A stretch of 41,226 nt of DNA, taken from the NCBI GenBank assembly GCA_002245135.1, contig NGBS01000943.1, positions 1 to 41,226 on the forward strand, in the 5' to 3' direction. The DNA comes from Proteromonas lacertae. Its lineage: Eukaryota. A model generated the notes under the pieces. That model did not search any database. It was given only the letters and a program-made list of their open reading frames with translations, and had not been told where the DNA came from. Below, piece by piece: positions 9,121 through 20,816 of the stretch. The translations under genes were made by a program, and so were the position numbers. How positions within the stretch are numbered: position 1 is the first letter of the stretch; each line of letters starts with the position of its first letter.

Positions 9121-12100
9121 GTTTTCTGAAGTATTACACCTTGATCAAGTACTTGAGGACGATCACAAACCTCTTTATTATCAAGCACTTGATAAGTTGT
9201 TTAAAGAGAAAGTCTCTTCCAGCGGCGATAAAAAGAGAAAAGAACGCAGAAGAAGTCATTCTGTAAGTATCGAAAAGAGAAAGATAGGAAACAAAAGAAG
9301 CCATTCTACTAGTAGTAATGAAGTAGAAGAAGATAATTATCGTTGTAGAAGCTTTACCAAAAAGAAATACGATGATTATGTAAAAGATATAAACTTCTAT
9401 TCCAACAAAGGTTATTCTTACGATGAAAAGACAAAGCAGTTATTGTTTAAAGGAAAGAAGGTTATTAAAACTGAAGAATCGTTTGATGTACTAAAAGAAT
9501 TACACGAAGGTAATTGTCACATTACAATTGAACCTTTGTATTACTTGGTAAATGAAAAGAAGTACTATGGTATTACTAGAGAAATGGTAGATGTATTCGT
9601 AAAAACATGTTCTGGATGTAAAGAATTGAAGAAAGTTCATGTTGAACAACCGTTAAAACCGATACTATCAAGCTATCCACGCGAAAGAGTGTTATGTGAT
9701 CTAATTAATATGAGTAAAATCAATGAGAAATTTACAGTTACTGAAGAAGAACAATTTAATTACATTCTTACAGTGATTGATCATTACAGTAATTTTACAA
9801 TTATATATCCATTAAAGAGAAAAACAAAAGAAGAAACAGTGAAGAATATGCAAAATTATATCAGAATTTTTGGTGCTCCTCAGATTCTTCAAATGGATAA
9901 TGGTACTGAATTCAAGAATGATTTGATGAGAAGTTTATGCAATGAATATGGAATTGAAGAAGTTCATAGTGCACCTTATAGGCCTCAAACGAATGGAAAG
10001 GTAGAAAGGTACAACCGAGTTGTGAAAAACACTTTAAAAGGATTCATGATATCGAATAAAGGCATTTATTGGACTGAATTTGTTGATAAAATTATTGAAA
10101 CAATAAACAATCACAAGTGCAGAAGAACACATTCTAAGCCTAGATCTTTATTCTATATGTATATTGAACAATTAAAGAAGGAAAACCCAAAGTTATTTAT
10201 AAAAGAAAATGGCGAAGAAGATGGTGATAATGGTGGTAATAATGGTACAGTTGATGGTGATGATGATGGTAATGTTTGTCATGATGAATTATGTGATTGT
10301 TCTAAAGAAGATGATAAAGAATACTTTAATGATGATGAATACGATGAAGTTGAAGTAATAGAAATAGCAAAAGAAAAATATGATGAGAAGAAAAACATAG
10401 AAAACATCAGAAAAGATATTTTGAAAAATGAACATAAACTCCAACAAGTAAAAGATTACATTAATAAAAGAAGAGATGAATACAATGATAAAATGCATGA
10501 TGAATCAGAAAAGAAGCTGAAGAAAACTATTATCAATCCTAAACATGGTGATATAATTGTCTATACCGACAAGAAGAAGAATTACGCAGATAACAACAAG
10601 AAAGGAATAATTAAAGAAGATAAAAAAACTAAAGATTTATATGGATTGTATACTATTAATATTTAAATTAATATAATTATATAGGATTGATGACCAAGCA
10701 ATTAAACTTACTACATCTTCAGCATTTACAATAATACCTGTTACAAAAGAAGTAAATGAAAAAATGAAAAGAAAAGCTGATGAATTATATGTATTATAAA
10801 GTTTATTATTAATATATAATAGATGAATCCTCAATCAAAGAAAAGACTATTAAATCCTGATTATAAGAAACAATTACATGAAATAGTTCATAGGCCAAAG
10901 TTAAATGCAGTCTATGGAACTATAGCTATAGGAGCAATTGATATTAAATTAGATTCATCATCACCATTAGAAGAAAGTCGATTAGAATATGTTAAATCTG
11001 TTAGAAATAAAATTGGAACAATGCAGTTGGATATTATAGATGTAAGATTTATATTGGATTTATATACTTATGGAAGTCAATTTGATTTATTATTAGAGAA
11101 TGATGAATGTTTAGGTACTTATATAACAACTAAAAATAGGGATATTTATATAATTAAGTCGGATAGTAGGTATTATACAACGTATCAGACATTAGTAAAA
11201 GGTATAAAGTATATTCATGTCATTGACTCATCTAATAAAGGTAATTATAAAACAGATTTAGAGAAACTCAGAATTAAAGTTGGTAAAGATAAAGATCAAT
11301 TCAGATTATTAGTTGATAAGGTGGAAACAAATCATCCAGAAGCTACAGATATAGTTTCATTGGTAGTATTTATGATGAAATGTAAGGGTGCAAATATTAT
11401 TAGTGTTGACACAAGGTTATTAGGAAATTTGTTTAAAGAATATATAGATACATTAATCAATATCAACATCATCAATTACTTATGAAGAAGAACAAGAAAG
11501 CCATGGTTTAAGCTTTGCAAAAAAGATAAGAAAAGTATTTCAGTATGATGATAAGATTGTTTGTTACAAAGGTAAAGAAAGGGCTGGAAACATCAGTAAA
11601 TGTGAAAAATTAATATGTGATATGAATACTAATTATGAGTTAAATACAGACGAGTTCACACTTCTACTACATTTCATCAACAATGACAATAGTGATGTTA
11701 TAGATCCATTGGTACTATATCAAGATGAAGCTCCCAATCACTCCATTCATCATAGTAATACTTATTTCATTCCAGTATGCAGAGAACATCATTGGACAGT
11801 ATGGGAGGTGGAATATGTAAAGAATGAATCTATTACATGTTATATCCATGATTCAATGAAAGAATATACTCATGACTCTCAAGATAGAAGGTATTTATAC
11901 TCTGATATTACATCATTATTTGACACAGAAAACATCGATATCTCTTATAAATGTAGTAAAATAATACCATTAGATTATGAGTTAAAGAACTTAAAACAAA
12001 AAGGTAATAAGAGCTGCGGTTATTTTGCATTGTTCTTTTTAGGTATAAGAAGATGTGGAACATATAGAATCTTTCAATATATCGTACTTTATATTGGATT

Positions 12101-12195
12101 TAAAAAGGGTTTTAGCATCATTGGATAATAATGATAAAGCAAAGTTATATTGGTATAAAAAGCATAAACCATCATTCTATAGATTCAAATGCTAA
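9121..12195 (+). CDS. H2C2 zinc finger + rve DDE integrase/transposase with downstream Ulp1 (C48)-like protease; spliced, one unresolved frame break near 11450
   Basis: LHEGNCH...CSGC; CDLINM, VIDHYS, MDNGTEF, NGKVERYNR. Introns 10648-10684, 10791-10822 and 12043-12067 keep the frame. Protease motifs HHWT, HDS, KQKGNKSCG. The frame is open upstream of 9197 to a splice acceptor at 9120. Confidence 0.8.
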
Positions 12196-12770
12196 CATCT
12201 ATATTAATTCATTATAATAATGTTTTATTGTAACTTGTTTGTTTTGCAAATTTAACTTTTAAATAACAAATAATTAAAAGTATATAAATTCATATTCATT
12301 TTTCCTATTAAGCTTATAATATGTGTATGTAATACACATACTATAATACATCTATCTATATATTAATATCAAAAATTACTCAAAATTTATAACATTACCA
12401 AAGTTAATTACAAAAGAAAAAGTAGTAATTGTATAATATAGTTTATTATTTTTAATTACGAAATAATTTAAAAAGATATACAAAAATATAAACAATTACT
12501 TATGAAATTAACGATAAAAAAATAATTAAGGGGGTAAAAAAATTCAGGATTTACAACACATTTTTTTGTTTATCTCATCATCCAATTGAAATTTTTTGAA
12601 AAAAAAGTGAACTAATTGGTGTAATAGTTGATATCGAGACATGTTGTATATATTATATGACCTCCTATATATCCCTTCATAACTCATTATGTGTAGTAAC
12701 ATTATGTAGTTAATTTGTTTCTAAAGTCTCTAATCGCTCAACGGAGAGTTGTACTCAACGGGGAACAACA
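9121..12770 (+). mobile_element. Ginger/TDD-type DNA transposon, 5'-truncated
   Basis: Intron-containing integrase gene with no gag, RT or LTR. The right end reads ...CTCAACGGGGAACAACA (12770), an ACA terminus matching the ends of the MITE at 14224-14844. No left TIR was found. Confidence 0.8.
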
Positions 12771-13052
12771 AGATTGAAATTAATGACATTTTGAAAAGCA
12801 AATCAAATATAAACTCAAAGATAGGTAGATATAAACAAACTATTTAAATAAATATTGTTACTTTGTTATTAAATTGTTTATATATTGCTATTTAAAGTTT
12901 TTAAAAATTTGGGTTATTAAAAATAAACAAAAATAAATTAACCCAATTTACGTTTTTTTATTATTTTTATTTCATTTTTTTATTATACTAGTATGGCAAG
13001 AACAAAGCCAACATGCTGTATAAGATGCAACATGGGGAAAGTATTTTTTTTA

Positions 13053-13482
13053 TAATTTAATTGGAAAGTTGCGAATTGAACGGCCTTTCAAATTTTGAGC
13101 ACCCCTTAATTAGGGCTTTTATTTCTTTATTTTATGATTTCTTTGAGGTCCAAACTATAGTGCATAATAACTGCAGTTAGGACCTCCAATTTATTTTGTT
13201 ATTATATGCCTATTGCGTGAAAAAATATAGCCAATATGAAAATTTAAGCAAACCGTGCGGTTTGATTAAACTTATGTTTTCATTTTTTTAAATTCCTGTC
13301 TTCAATATGAATAAAGCAGTTTAAATGATGAAATAAATACATTATTGATATAAGCAGAGATGATATGATGTAGTTAAGAGGTTAAAAAAGAAAGAAATCA
13401 AAAAATAAAGAAATAAAAGCCCTAATTAAGGGGCGCTCAAAATTTGACAAGCCGTTCAATTCGCAACTTTCCAATTTAACTG
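13053..13482. mobile_element. Tc1/mariner (pogo-like) MITE, about 92-bp TIRs, TA target duplication
   Basis: Right end read inward is CAGTTAAATTGGAAAGTTGCGAATTGAACGGC; left end is TAATTTAATTGGAAAGTTGCGAATTGAACGGC. TA lies at 13051-52 and 13483-84. Confidence 0.9.
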
Positions 13483-14223
13483 TACAGAAATACAATCATT
13501 CAAATAAAATGTCAACACATCTTTCCAAAACTATTACAGCTATAAGAGTAGGTCCTAACGTATATGTTACTATATTTTTTAACAATTACTGTATTAAACA
13601 ATTAGTTAATTATTTAACATTAATATATATTACAGATAGTATGGAGAGTAATATTTTATCCTTTATTTATACAGCATATACAGAAATAACAAAAGAATGC
13701 ATATCAGCTAATTATTATAAATTTATGTTAATATTGCATTTAATTGAGGATTTTATTTTATCTATACAATATTGCAAAGTAGTGTTTAATAAAATTTATC
13801 CATATCTAGTGTATATCAAATCTGTCAGGAAATGCATTCAGATGAAATATTTTTCAATTATTTCAAATATAGGAGTAGATATAATGGATATAATTATCAA
13901 TAAATATATTGATTGGAGCTATAGTGTAAATTTCAATGTAAGATTAATTAAATATTATATAGATAATATATATTCCAATTATACCAATAAAATATTGCAA
14001 GATAATAAATTTGAAATTATATATTATACATTTCATATAGATGATAAAGATTCACTTAATTTCAGAAGTGATATCAATGATAGAATATATAATACAGAAG
14101 TTAATCCATTTTGTAATATATTTATCCATAATATTGATTATAAATTGAATGAAGATATAGTACCACATGTAATTAACTTGAAATTAAAAAATGTAATTGT
14201 TAATGGCGAATGTGAAGTCATAT

Positions 14224-14844
14224 TGTTGTTCCCCGTATGGCGGAAATCCCCGTATGGCGGAACTCTATATTGCAGAATGATTCAATCAAAACTATTATGA
14301 TATTCATGATGTTCGGAGTTAGTTATTAACAAATATATAGTTAGTTTGTCATATGACCTACATCTGTGATATACTTATTTATGAACTTCATTATTCTCAA
14401 TATTAAACTAATTTTTGTATATTTTCTATTTTAATGTATCAGTCACTACTACAGTCTAAAATACATTATCTAATATAAATAGAATACATTATTTTTTATG
14501 TTAAAGTACAGAAAACAGAAAAAAGAAAAAATATATTCAAGCCTCGCTCAAGCCAGTTGTTTAATTTCTATTTTTGCTACCTTAACATTAATTTATTGTA
14601 TTCTATTCATATCAGATAATGTATTTTAGACTGTAGTAGTGACTGATACATTAAAATAGAAAATATACAAAAATTAGTTTAATATTGAGAATAATGAAGT
14701 TCATAAATAAGTATATCACAGATGTAGGTCATATGACAAACTAACTATATATTTGTTAATAACTAACTCCGAACATCATGAATATCATAATAGTTTTGAT
14801 TGAATCATTCTGCAATATAGAGTTCCGCCATACGGGGAACAACA
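14224..14844. mobile_element. Foldback MITE with Ginger-type TGT...ACA ends and about 231-bp TIRs
   Basis: Arms 14224-14471 and 14614-14844 are reverse complements by eye, except for one extra 17-bp unit in the left arm. Termini are TGTTGTTCCCCG. Confidence 0.95.
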
Positions 14845-15178
14845 ACTATTACAAAAGATAAAACAAATACTTTACATTCTATTGTTAGTAAAATGATAAT
14901 GAGATATAATAAAGTTCAACAAAGTATATATAATCCTATCAGTGTAACAATGAAGAACAAAAGAATACATTTCTTTACTACAGATGTAGAAGCTAGTAGA
15001 AATAGGAGAAAACAAGAAGAAGAAGAAAAAAAGAAAGAACAAATAAATCATGAATTAATCATCATTTCTGATGATGAATGTTAATTAACTAATATCTTAT
15101 TAATTGATTGAATTGATTGAATTGGTGTTTATTTATTTTATTTATTACATAAGTTTGAATCATAATGTTCTTCTTTTT

Positions 15179-15236
15179 AAGGGAGGAGACTTTCCCATTC
15201 TCATTTGAGATTGAGAATGGGAAAGTCGCCTCCCTT
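15179..15236. repeat. 25-bp-stem hairpin followed by a T run
   Basis: AAGGGAGGAGACTTTCCCATTCTCA / TGAGAATGGGAAAGTCGCCTCCCTT, one mismatch, 8-nt loop. Confidence 0.9.
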
Positions 15237-15573
15237 TTTTTTCGCAAAATATAATCAAGATAACAAATTAAATAATTCTAACTAATTATATTACATCAAA
15301 AGAAACAAGAAAATCAAAAAGAATAAGAATAAGAAATTTACCTAATATGACATATGTCACGTAATTTATGAATGTTTGATTTGGTGTGCCAGGAGCCCGA
15401 GTCATGCGGCTAGGTGTGCCAAGTCCTTTATTCTATATTATTATAACTCCAGCTTTATTAGAATGAAAATGGGATAAAAAATAAAAACCGCAAATATGTA
15501 AAACAAGATCTGAGTCAAGTATACTAATCAAACCTGCTCAGTCAAACATTCTTATTGTTAATACTAATCTAAA

Positions 15574-16346
15574 ATGCATTTTAATTTCTTTGTATCGTTT
15601 TGGGTTTATTTCATCCGAAAGCTCACTTTTCAAATGTAACAGACTATATATATGATCCTCACAATTACCTTACAGATGAAGATAAAGCTTCGTATTAGTG
15701 TTATTATAATATATTTAGAGATACATATTATATATCAGCAGCTGAATCTATTGGAGATATAAAAATCAAAATAGCCAACTGCATAAATGATAAAAGTTTA
15801 GAAGAATGTAGAGAATTGTTATTTGTATTATCGCCTGAAAATTGTACTGTTAATTTTTATGCTGGATATAGTAGATATAATAACTATAATGATGTAGTAA
15901 GAGAAATAGTGGAATATAATAAGTCAGGATTAAAAAATAAACATTATAATTTAATTATAAAGGAGTATTTGAATGTCAACATAGTATTGAAGAAAAAGAC
16001 AACATATATTATTGCATGTGGTTTACTTGTAATTTTAATATGTTTAATAACAGTATATTGTATTAAAGATTTATATGATACTCTAATAAAGTATGATCTA
16101 TCTTTACATTTTTTCTTCAGTAGAAATTTAAAGATTAAATCAGTTTTGGAAGGATTAAAGATAGAAAAAATACATCATATAGTGTATGAATCCGAATATT
16201 GTCCTATTTGTTTTGAACATTATGATGATAATAAGATAATGGTATTAGCTTGTGGATATATATTCTGTGAAAAATGTATAATACAATATATAGAAAGTGG
16301 GCAAAGGACTTGCCCACTATGTAGAAGAATTGTTTTATATATTTAA
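15574..16346 (+). pseudogene. Membrane-anchored RING-HC E3 ligase-like gene, probably disabled
   Basis: CPIC...ACGYIFCEKC...CPLCR, with the His ligand replaced by Tyr (TAT at 16257). One TM helix (YIIACGLLVILICLITVYCI), a short intron near 15692-15718, and a frame-disrupted 5' exon. Confidence 0.7.
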
Positions 16347-16530
16347 GTATTAAATAAGTTGTTGCTTTGTTTTATATGAAATAAAATAATAATAAAATAT
16401 TCTCTATAATTTTTGAAGATGAAAAAATGATAGAACTACTTTATGTTAATAATTATCCAAAATGCAATACACTTATCAATAAATCTTATCACTTAAATTC
16501 AAGAATTTTCTTATTTTGAATATTGATTTA

Positions 16531-17400
16531 CTATACTCTGAGCTCTATCACAGTATACTTAGATCCAAAGTGGCATTGTTTTCCATACTCCCCAAATACA
16601 TTGTAAGAAACCTTTCCACATTCACATTCACTTATACATCGGAATTCACTATGAATACATTCAGGATCAATTGGAATTACAGTTGGATTTGAACTGGTTG
16701 GAGTAGGAGTAACAGGAGGATAAGGAGTTTTTATTTTTTCACAATAACAATTACCATTTATTCGATTTTCACATATTGGATGATAATATTCATTACATCC
16801 ATTCTTTAAGGATATTGAACTTCCATTTTGACCACATATTAATTCTAAACCTATCTCCACATGTTCCCATTTATTATTATTACATACATAATATCCATTT
16901 CCACATTCACATTCATTTTCACACAAATATTCACCATTCTCACATTCACCACTTGGTTTTGCACTTGGAGTGTTTGTACTAGGAGTAGGATTTATACAAC
17001 TACATTCACCACTAATTCTACCAGCACATACACCTTCATCATACCCTTTACAACCACTATTAATCGTTATATTATATTCATCTACTTTACCACACACTAA
17101 ATTATTCTCAATGATTATATATCGCCATCTTCCATCAATACATTCTTCATATCCATTTCCACATTCACATTCATTTAAACATCTTTGATGAACATTTACA
17201 GATTCTGAAACTATTGTAGGAGCAGTTGTTGTTCCACAATAACAATTACCACTTATTCTACCAGCACATTTACTTTCATCTAATCCATCACATCCAGTTA
17301 CAAACTGTTAGCTATACGAACATATGTCAATTCTCCATCAACGCATCGACATCTGTCAATACATCTTTGACTTCTTTCTACACAAACTGGACGAGTTGTA
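16531..17400 (-). pseudogene. Cys-rich repeat protein with P/T/S linkers (secreted, lectin-like), fragment
   Basis: About four modules of the form C..ECECGNGY..C....W......L.CG......I....GC.......C..RI.G.C.C separated by PTP linkers; frameshifted at both ends. Confidence 0.7.
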
Positions 17401-17529
17401 TTTGGAGATGTGTTAAATAATCTGATTATTCTGCTGCTAATAATCTGATTATTCTGTTAAATAATTCTTAATAATTCTCTGATTCACTATTATTATTGTT
17501 ATTACTTTTAACATAACAACAAATTATCT

Positions 17530-18375
17530 TAGTGATTGTTGAAAATATAGAACCAACTCCATCCCAATATCTATTTCAATAATCATAATAATAATATACT
17601 TTATTCTATTGTTCTTGAATCTCTTTATCATCATTATAAGTACCAAGAAATATAAAAGGAATCATCTATTAAATATAAACAAAAATATTATACTTCTGAT
17701 GTAAAATCTTTTATTTTACCAGATAATATCGTGCAAAGGGAATATATTAATATATAACTCATACTATTCTCATTCTCATTCATTTTAGATAAAATATAAC
17801 GAATATATTCTCTTAACTCAGAATCAGTTACACCTTTACATATATAAGCACATGCTCTTGAATAACAAGTTGTTAATGTAACACTATCAGTTGATAATAC
17901 TTTTACTTTCATATGAAGTAATTGGCTTGAATAAGGCTTGAGAAAATCAATGGGTAATTACTCCTTCTAAAGTTGGCAAACCAACACCACATCTTATTAC
18001 TATAATTAATTCCTCAACTAATTCCTTCATAATTGTGATATCTATTGAGTGTAAACTTTTTTCCAGTGCAGTTTCTAGTGGAGATATTCTGGATAACTTT
18101 ATTCTTAACTCTTCTGCTTGTCTTTGAGATATATCATATTCTGATGAATGTTGTTGAATATGTTGAGTTAGATTAGATTCCATTGATGATAATGATTCTA
18201 AGCAGATTCTAACAACTTTGGGAATATGTTTTGTTATTGTATTTCCACAATTCTATTTATCATAATTATATTATTATTATATTATATATACTTTGAGTAT
18301 TTTGGGTATAAATTCCAAACAAAACATTTGTACTTCTTTACAACTATTGTTTAATCCTTTGTTGAATATATATAG
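17530..18375 (-). pseudogene. ECM29: Internal fragment of an ECM29-like HEAT-repeat proteasome adaptor
   Basis: KGLNNSCKEVQ...HIPKVVRICLESLSSME...SPLETALE...IRCGVGLPT...IPFIFLG follows the motif order I recall for ECM29. Short introns are retained; there is a frameshift and a TAG at a probable Trp. Confidence 0.7.
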
Positions 18376-18384
18376 GAAATACAT

Positions 18385-18725
18385 TCCATATATGAATTAA
18401 CTTCATTAATACTTCATCATCTATTTCTGTCTTTAAATAGTCCAAACAATCATTCATTATCTCTTCTTCATTGTAACATAGACAAAACATCAAAATTTCA
18501 CATACACTCTCTTTACACATTATCAACTCACCTCCACTGTAATATTTTTCCATCTTATAATAACCAATCTCTTCACATTCTTCAAATAACTCTAAAACTC
18601 CAACAAACTCTACATCTAATAACAGTCTCTTCAGAGTTTCATTTCCATTCACTAATATTGACTTGATTGACTTTATTCGATTATCTCCAATCTTCACTTC
18701 CAGATCACCAAAACTACTTTCTACT
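18385..18725 (-). pseudogene. BTB/POZ domain gene fragment
   Basis: FGDLEVKIGDNRIKSIKSILVNGNETLKRLL...YYSGGEL...EILMFCLCYNEEEIMNDCLDYL; truncated and abutting the ECM29 fragment. Confidence 0.65.
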
Positions 18726-18833
18726 AGTTATCTACATAATCTATCACAATTATATTATATACATTTAATACTTTTTTTTTACAAACCTCCAGTATAATAT
18801 CTGCTAGTGATTAATCAACTAATATTCCAATAG

Positions 18834-19875
18834 TGAAGATATTATGATGATTTATTTAGTTTTGTAGAAGAAGAAGAGAAATTGTAAGCAATATAAAAAA
18901 ATAATCAGCTAGAAGAAGAAAAGAATGATTAAAAAGAACTATTGCAGATGATTTGAAAATGTTTGTAGAGTAGAAAAATTCGTGAATTTGGAGATAGAAT
19001 AAGTGAATCAATAGCCTTAGTAAATACAATGATTGAAGTATTAAAAGTATGAATAATATATTTGTTATAATAATAATAATAGAATATGGTAGTAAGTGGA
19101 ACAAACTATGGTTTAATGGGAAAACAATTATATGCTTCATTGAAATGTTATAGTACAATAAACAAAGAGATAGATTTAGTTGGTTTAAAAGTGAAAAATG
19201 AAATAATCAATGATCATAAGAAATATACAAACTATTTAGAAACGTTTACAAAGACGAGTGATGCTTGGCAACAATTAAAATTCTTTTCTCCTCAAGAAAT
19301 AATTCCTGAAATTCAATATGAATTTGAATAGAAAGTGGTGAAAAATCTCGAAAATTATCTAAAATGATAGCTGAAGTAAGAAGAGTATAAATATAAATAT
19401 ATATAAATAAATATATATAAATCTTTATTAATAATATAATATAATAGAAATAGTTAAAAAGATTAACTCATTTAACAAAATTTGAATGGATCTTAATAAA
19501 CAAAGCAATAATTCATTGTGAATTAGAAAAATTCATGTATAAATAAAGATATAAATTAAAATGAATAGAAAATTTCGTAATAATGGATTTAAGAAGATGA
19601 TTGGTTTAGTTGGAAGACTTGAGACTGCTTTAGCTATTCGAAATGAGTTGACTTGGTTAGAATTCTTAAAAATGGTAAATGAAGGAAGTGGAAGTAAAGA
19701 AATGAGAGAAGCTAGAATTCGTTTATCAAATGCTTGTGATTTTATTGATTATATTCCTTCTGATGATGAAGAAGAAGAAAAAGAAAAAGAAGATAAAGAG
19801 AAGAGTGAAAATGATAAAATTCGAAAAGAAAGTGAAGCAGCTGTAAAAGTAGATCCTTCTGAATATGATTTATAA
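18834..19875 (+). pseudogene. 3' part of an unknown helical protein gene with stops and frameshifts
   Basis: Several exons with GT-AG introns; the first exon has six in-frame stops, and the last exon is clean with an acidic tail. Confidence 0.55.
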
Positions 19876-20261
19876 GTAACTGAATGAATTTCTAATATTT
19901 TGATATTGTTTGTGTTGTTATGATTAAATAGAATAATATGAGATAATAAATACACTTCATTTGGTTGTAATTCTTCTTTAAAATACAAAAGAGGTTTATT
20001 TCTCAATAATATCACAATTATCAACAAATTGATTTTATTTCTAATCTCATTATATCATTATATCTATAAACACTGTAGTTGAGCATAATCTCACTTTTTA
20101 TACATAAATACTACAAATATCTATATAAAATGATTATGGAAAAAGTAATATATCCCATAAAACTAATTATTATACTCAAATCATTGATTTAAATAGAAAA
20201 ACAGAAAAATATAGATTTGGCTTGATTGAAATTTTTAAAATTACATATAAAGCATTATTAG

Positions 20262-20816
20262 TGTCGATGTGAGTGTTGATGAAATAAAAGAACTATTGAA
20301 GAACAAAGAGATAGAAAAGGTGATTGAAAAATTGAAAGATGTGAAAGGGAGTTATTGTGAAGTGAATAAAATGATAGGATATTATTATTATGAGAATGTA
20401 TGTCTATTATATTTATATATTGATTAGAAAGAATATGAAAAAGCAATTCCCTTTTATAAAAGTGCTTTAGAGCATTCCTCAGATAATGAAAAAGAATATT
20501 CAAATAGAATGATAGGTCATTGTTTTAGGAATATGGTATATTAATAATTATATAATCTCCAATTAGAAAGAATATGAAAAAGCAATTCCATATTATAAAA
20601 CAGCATTAGAATATTGTTCATCAATTGAAAATTTGGAATATTCAAATAGAATGATAGGAGATTGTTATTATAATATAGTATTTATATAATGATTATACTG
20701 AATAGAAAGATTATGAAGAATCAATCCCATTCTATGAGAGTTCTTTATTATATTCTTCATTTAATGAAGATGTAGGATATAATAATAGAAACATAGGAAA
20801 TTGTTACTTTAATTTG
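20262..20816 (+). pseudogene. TPR-repeat gene, one repeat per exon, interrupted by hAT
   Basis: Exons 20428-20535, 20567-20677 and 20706-20816 each encode a KEYEKAIPYYKTALEY...NRMIGDCYYN-like unit, separated by 28-31 nt phase-0 introns. Confidence 0.8.

Larger units (their letters stand above)
12993..15084 (+). pseudogene. Unknown protein with H3-tail-like N-terminus (MARTKPT) and C-terminal SIM-like IIISDDE, interrupted by two MITEs
   Basis: Removing 13053-13484 joins ATG 12993 in frame to ORF 13509. The frame of ORF 14893-15084 is open back to 14845, the first base after the second MITE. Confidence 0.7.

Noticed and set aside
9140..9196. Paired TCAAG..CTTGA palindromes as the Ginger left end
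   Set aside because: They lie inside the open exon and do not match the right terminal sequence.
9197..10666. LTR retrotransposon, or part of the Polinton
   Set aside because: No gag, RT or LTR; it has introns and its own ACA terminus, and host-type sequence separates it from the Polinton.
12993..13052. Histone H3 gene
   Set aside because: Similarity is limited to MARTK.T; no histone fold follows.
15179..15242. Rho-independent terminator
   Set aside because: The context is eukaryotic with spliceosomal introns; kept only as a hairpin.
16776..17420. His-rich and other + strand short ORFs
   Set aside because: Antisense shadows of the Cys-rich gene. The same applies to ORFs at 1347, 2179, 10289, 19749, 22423, 38114, 38768 and 40726, which lie opposite other genes.
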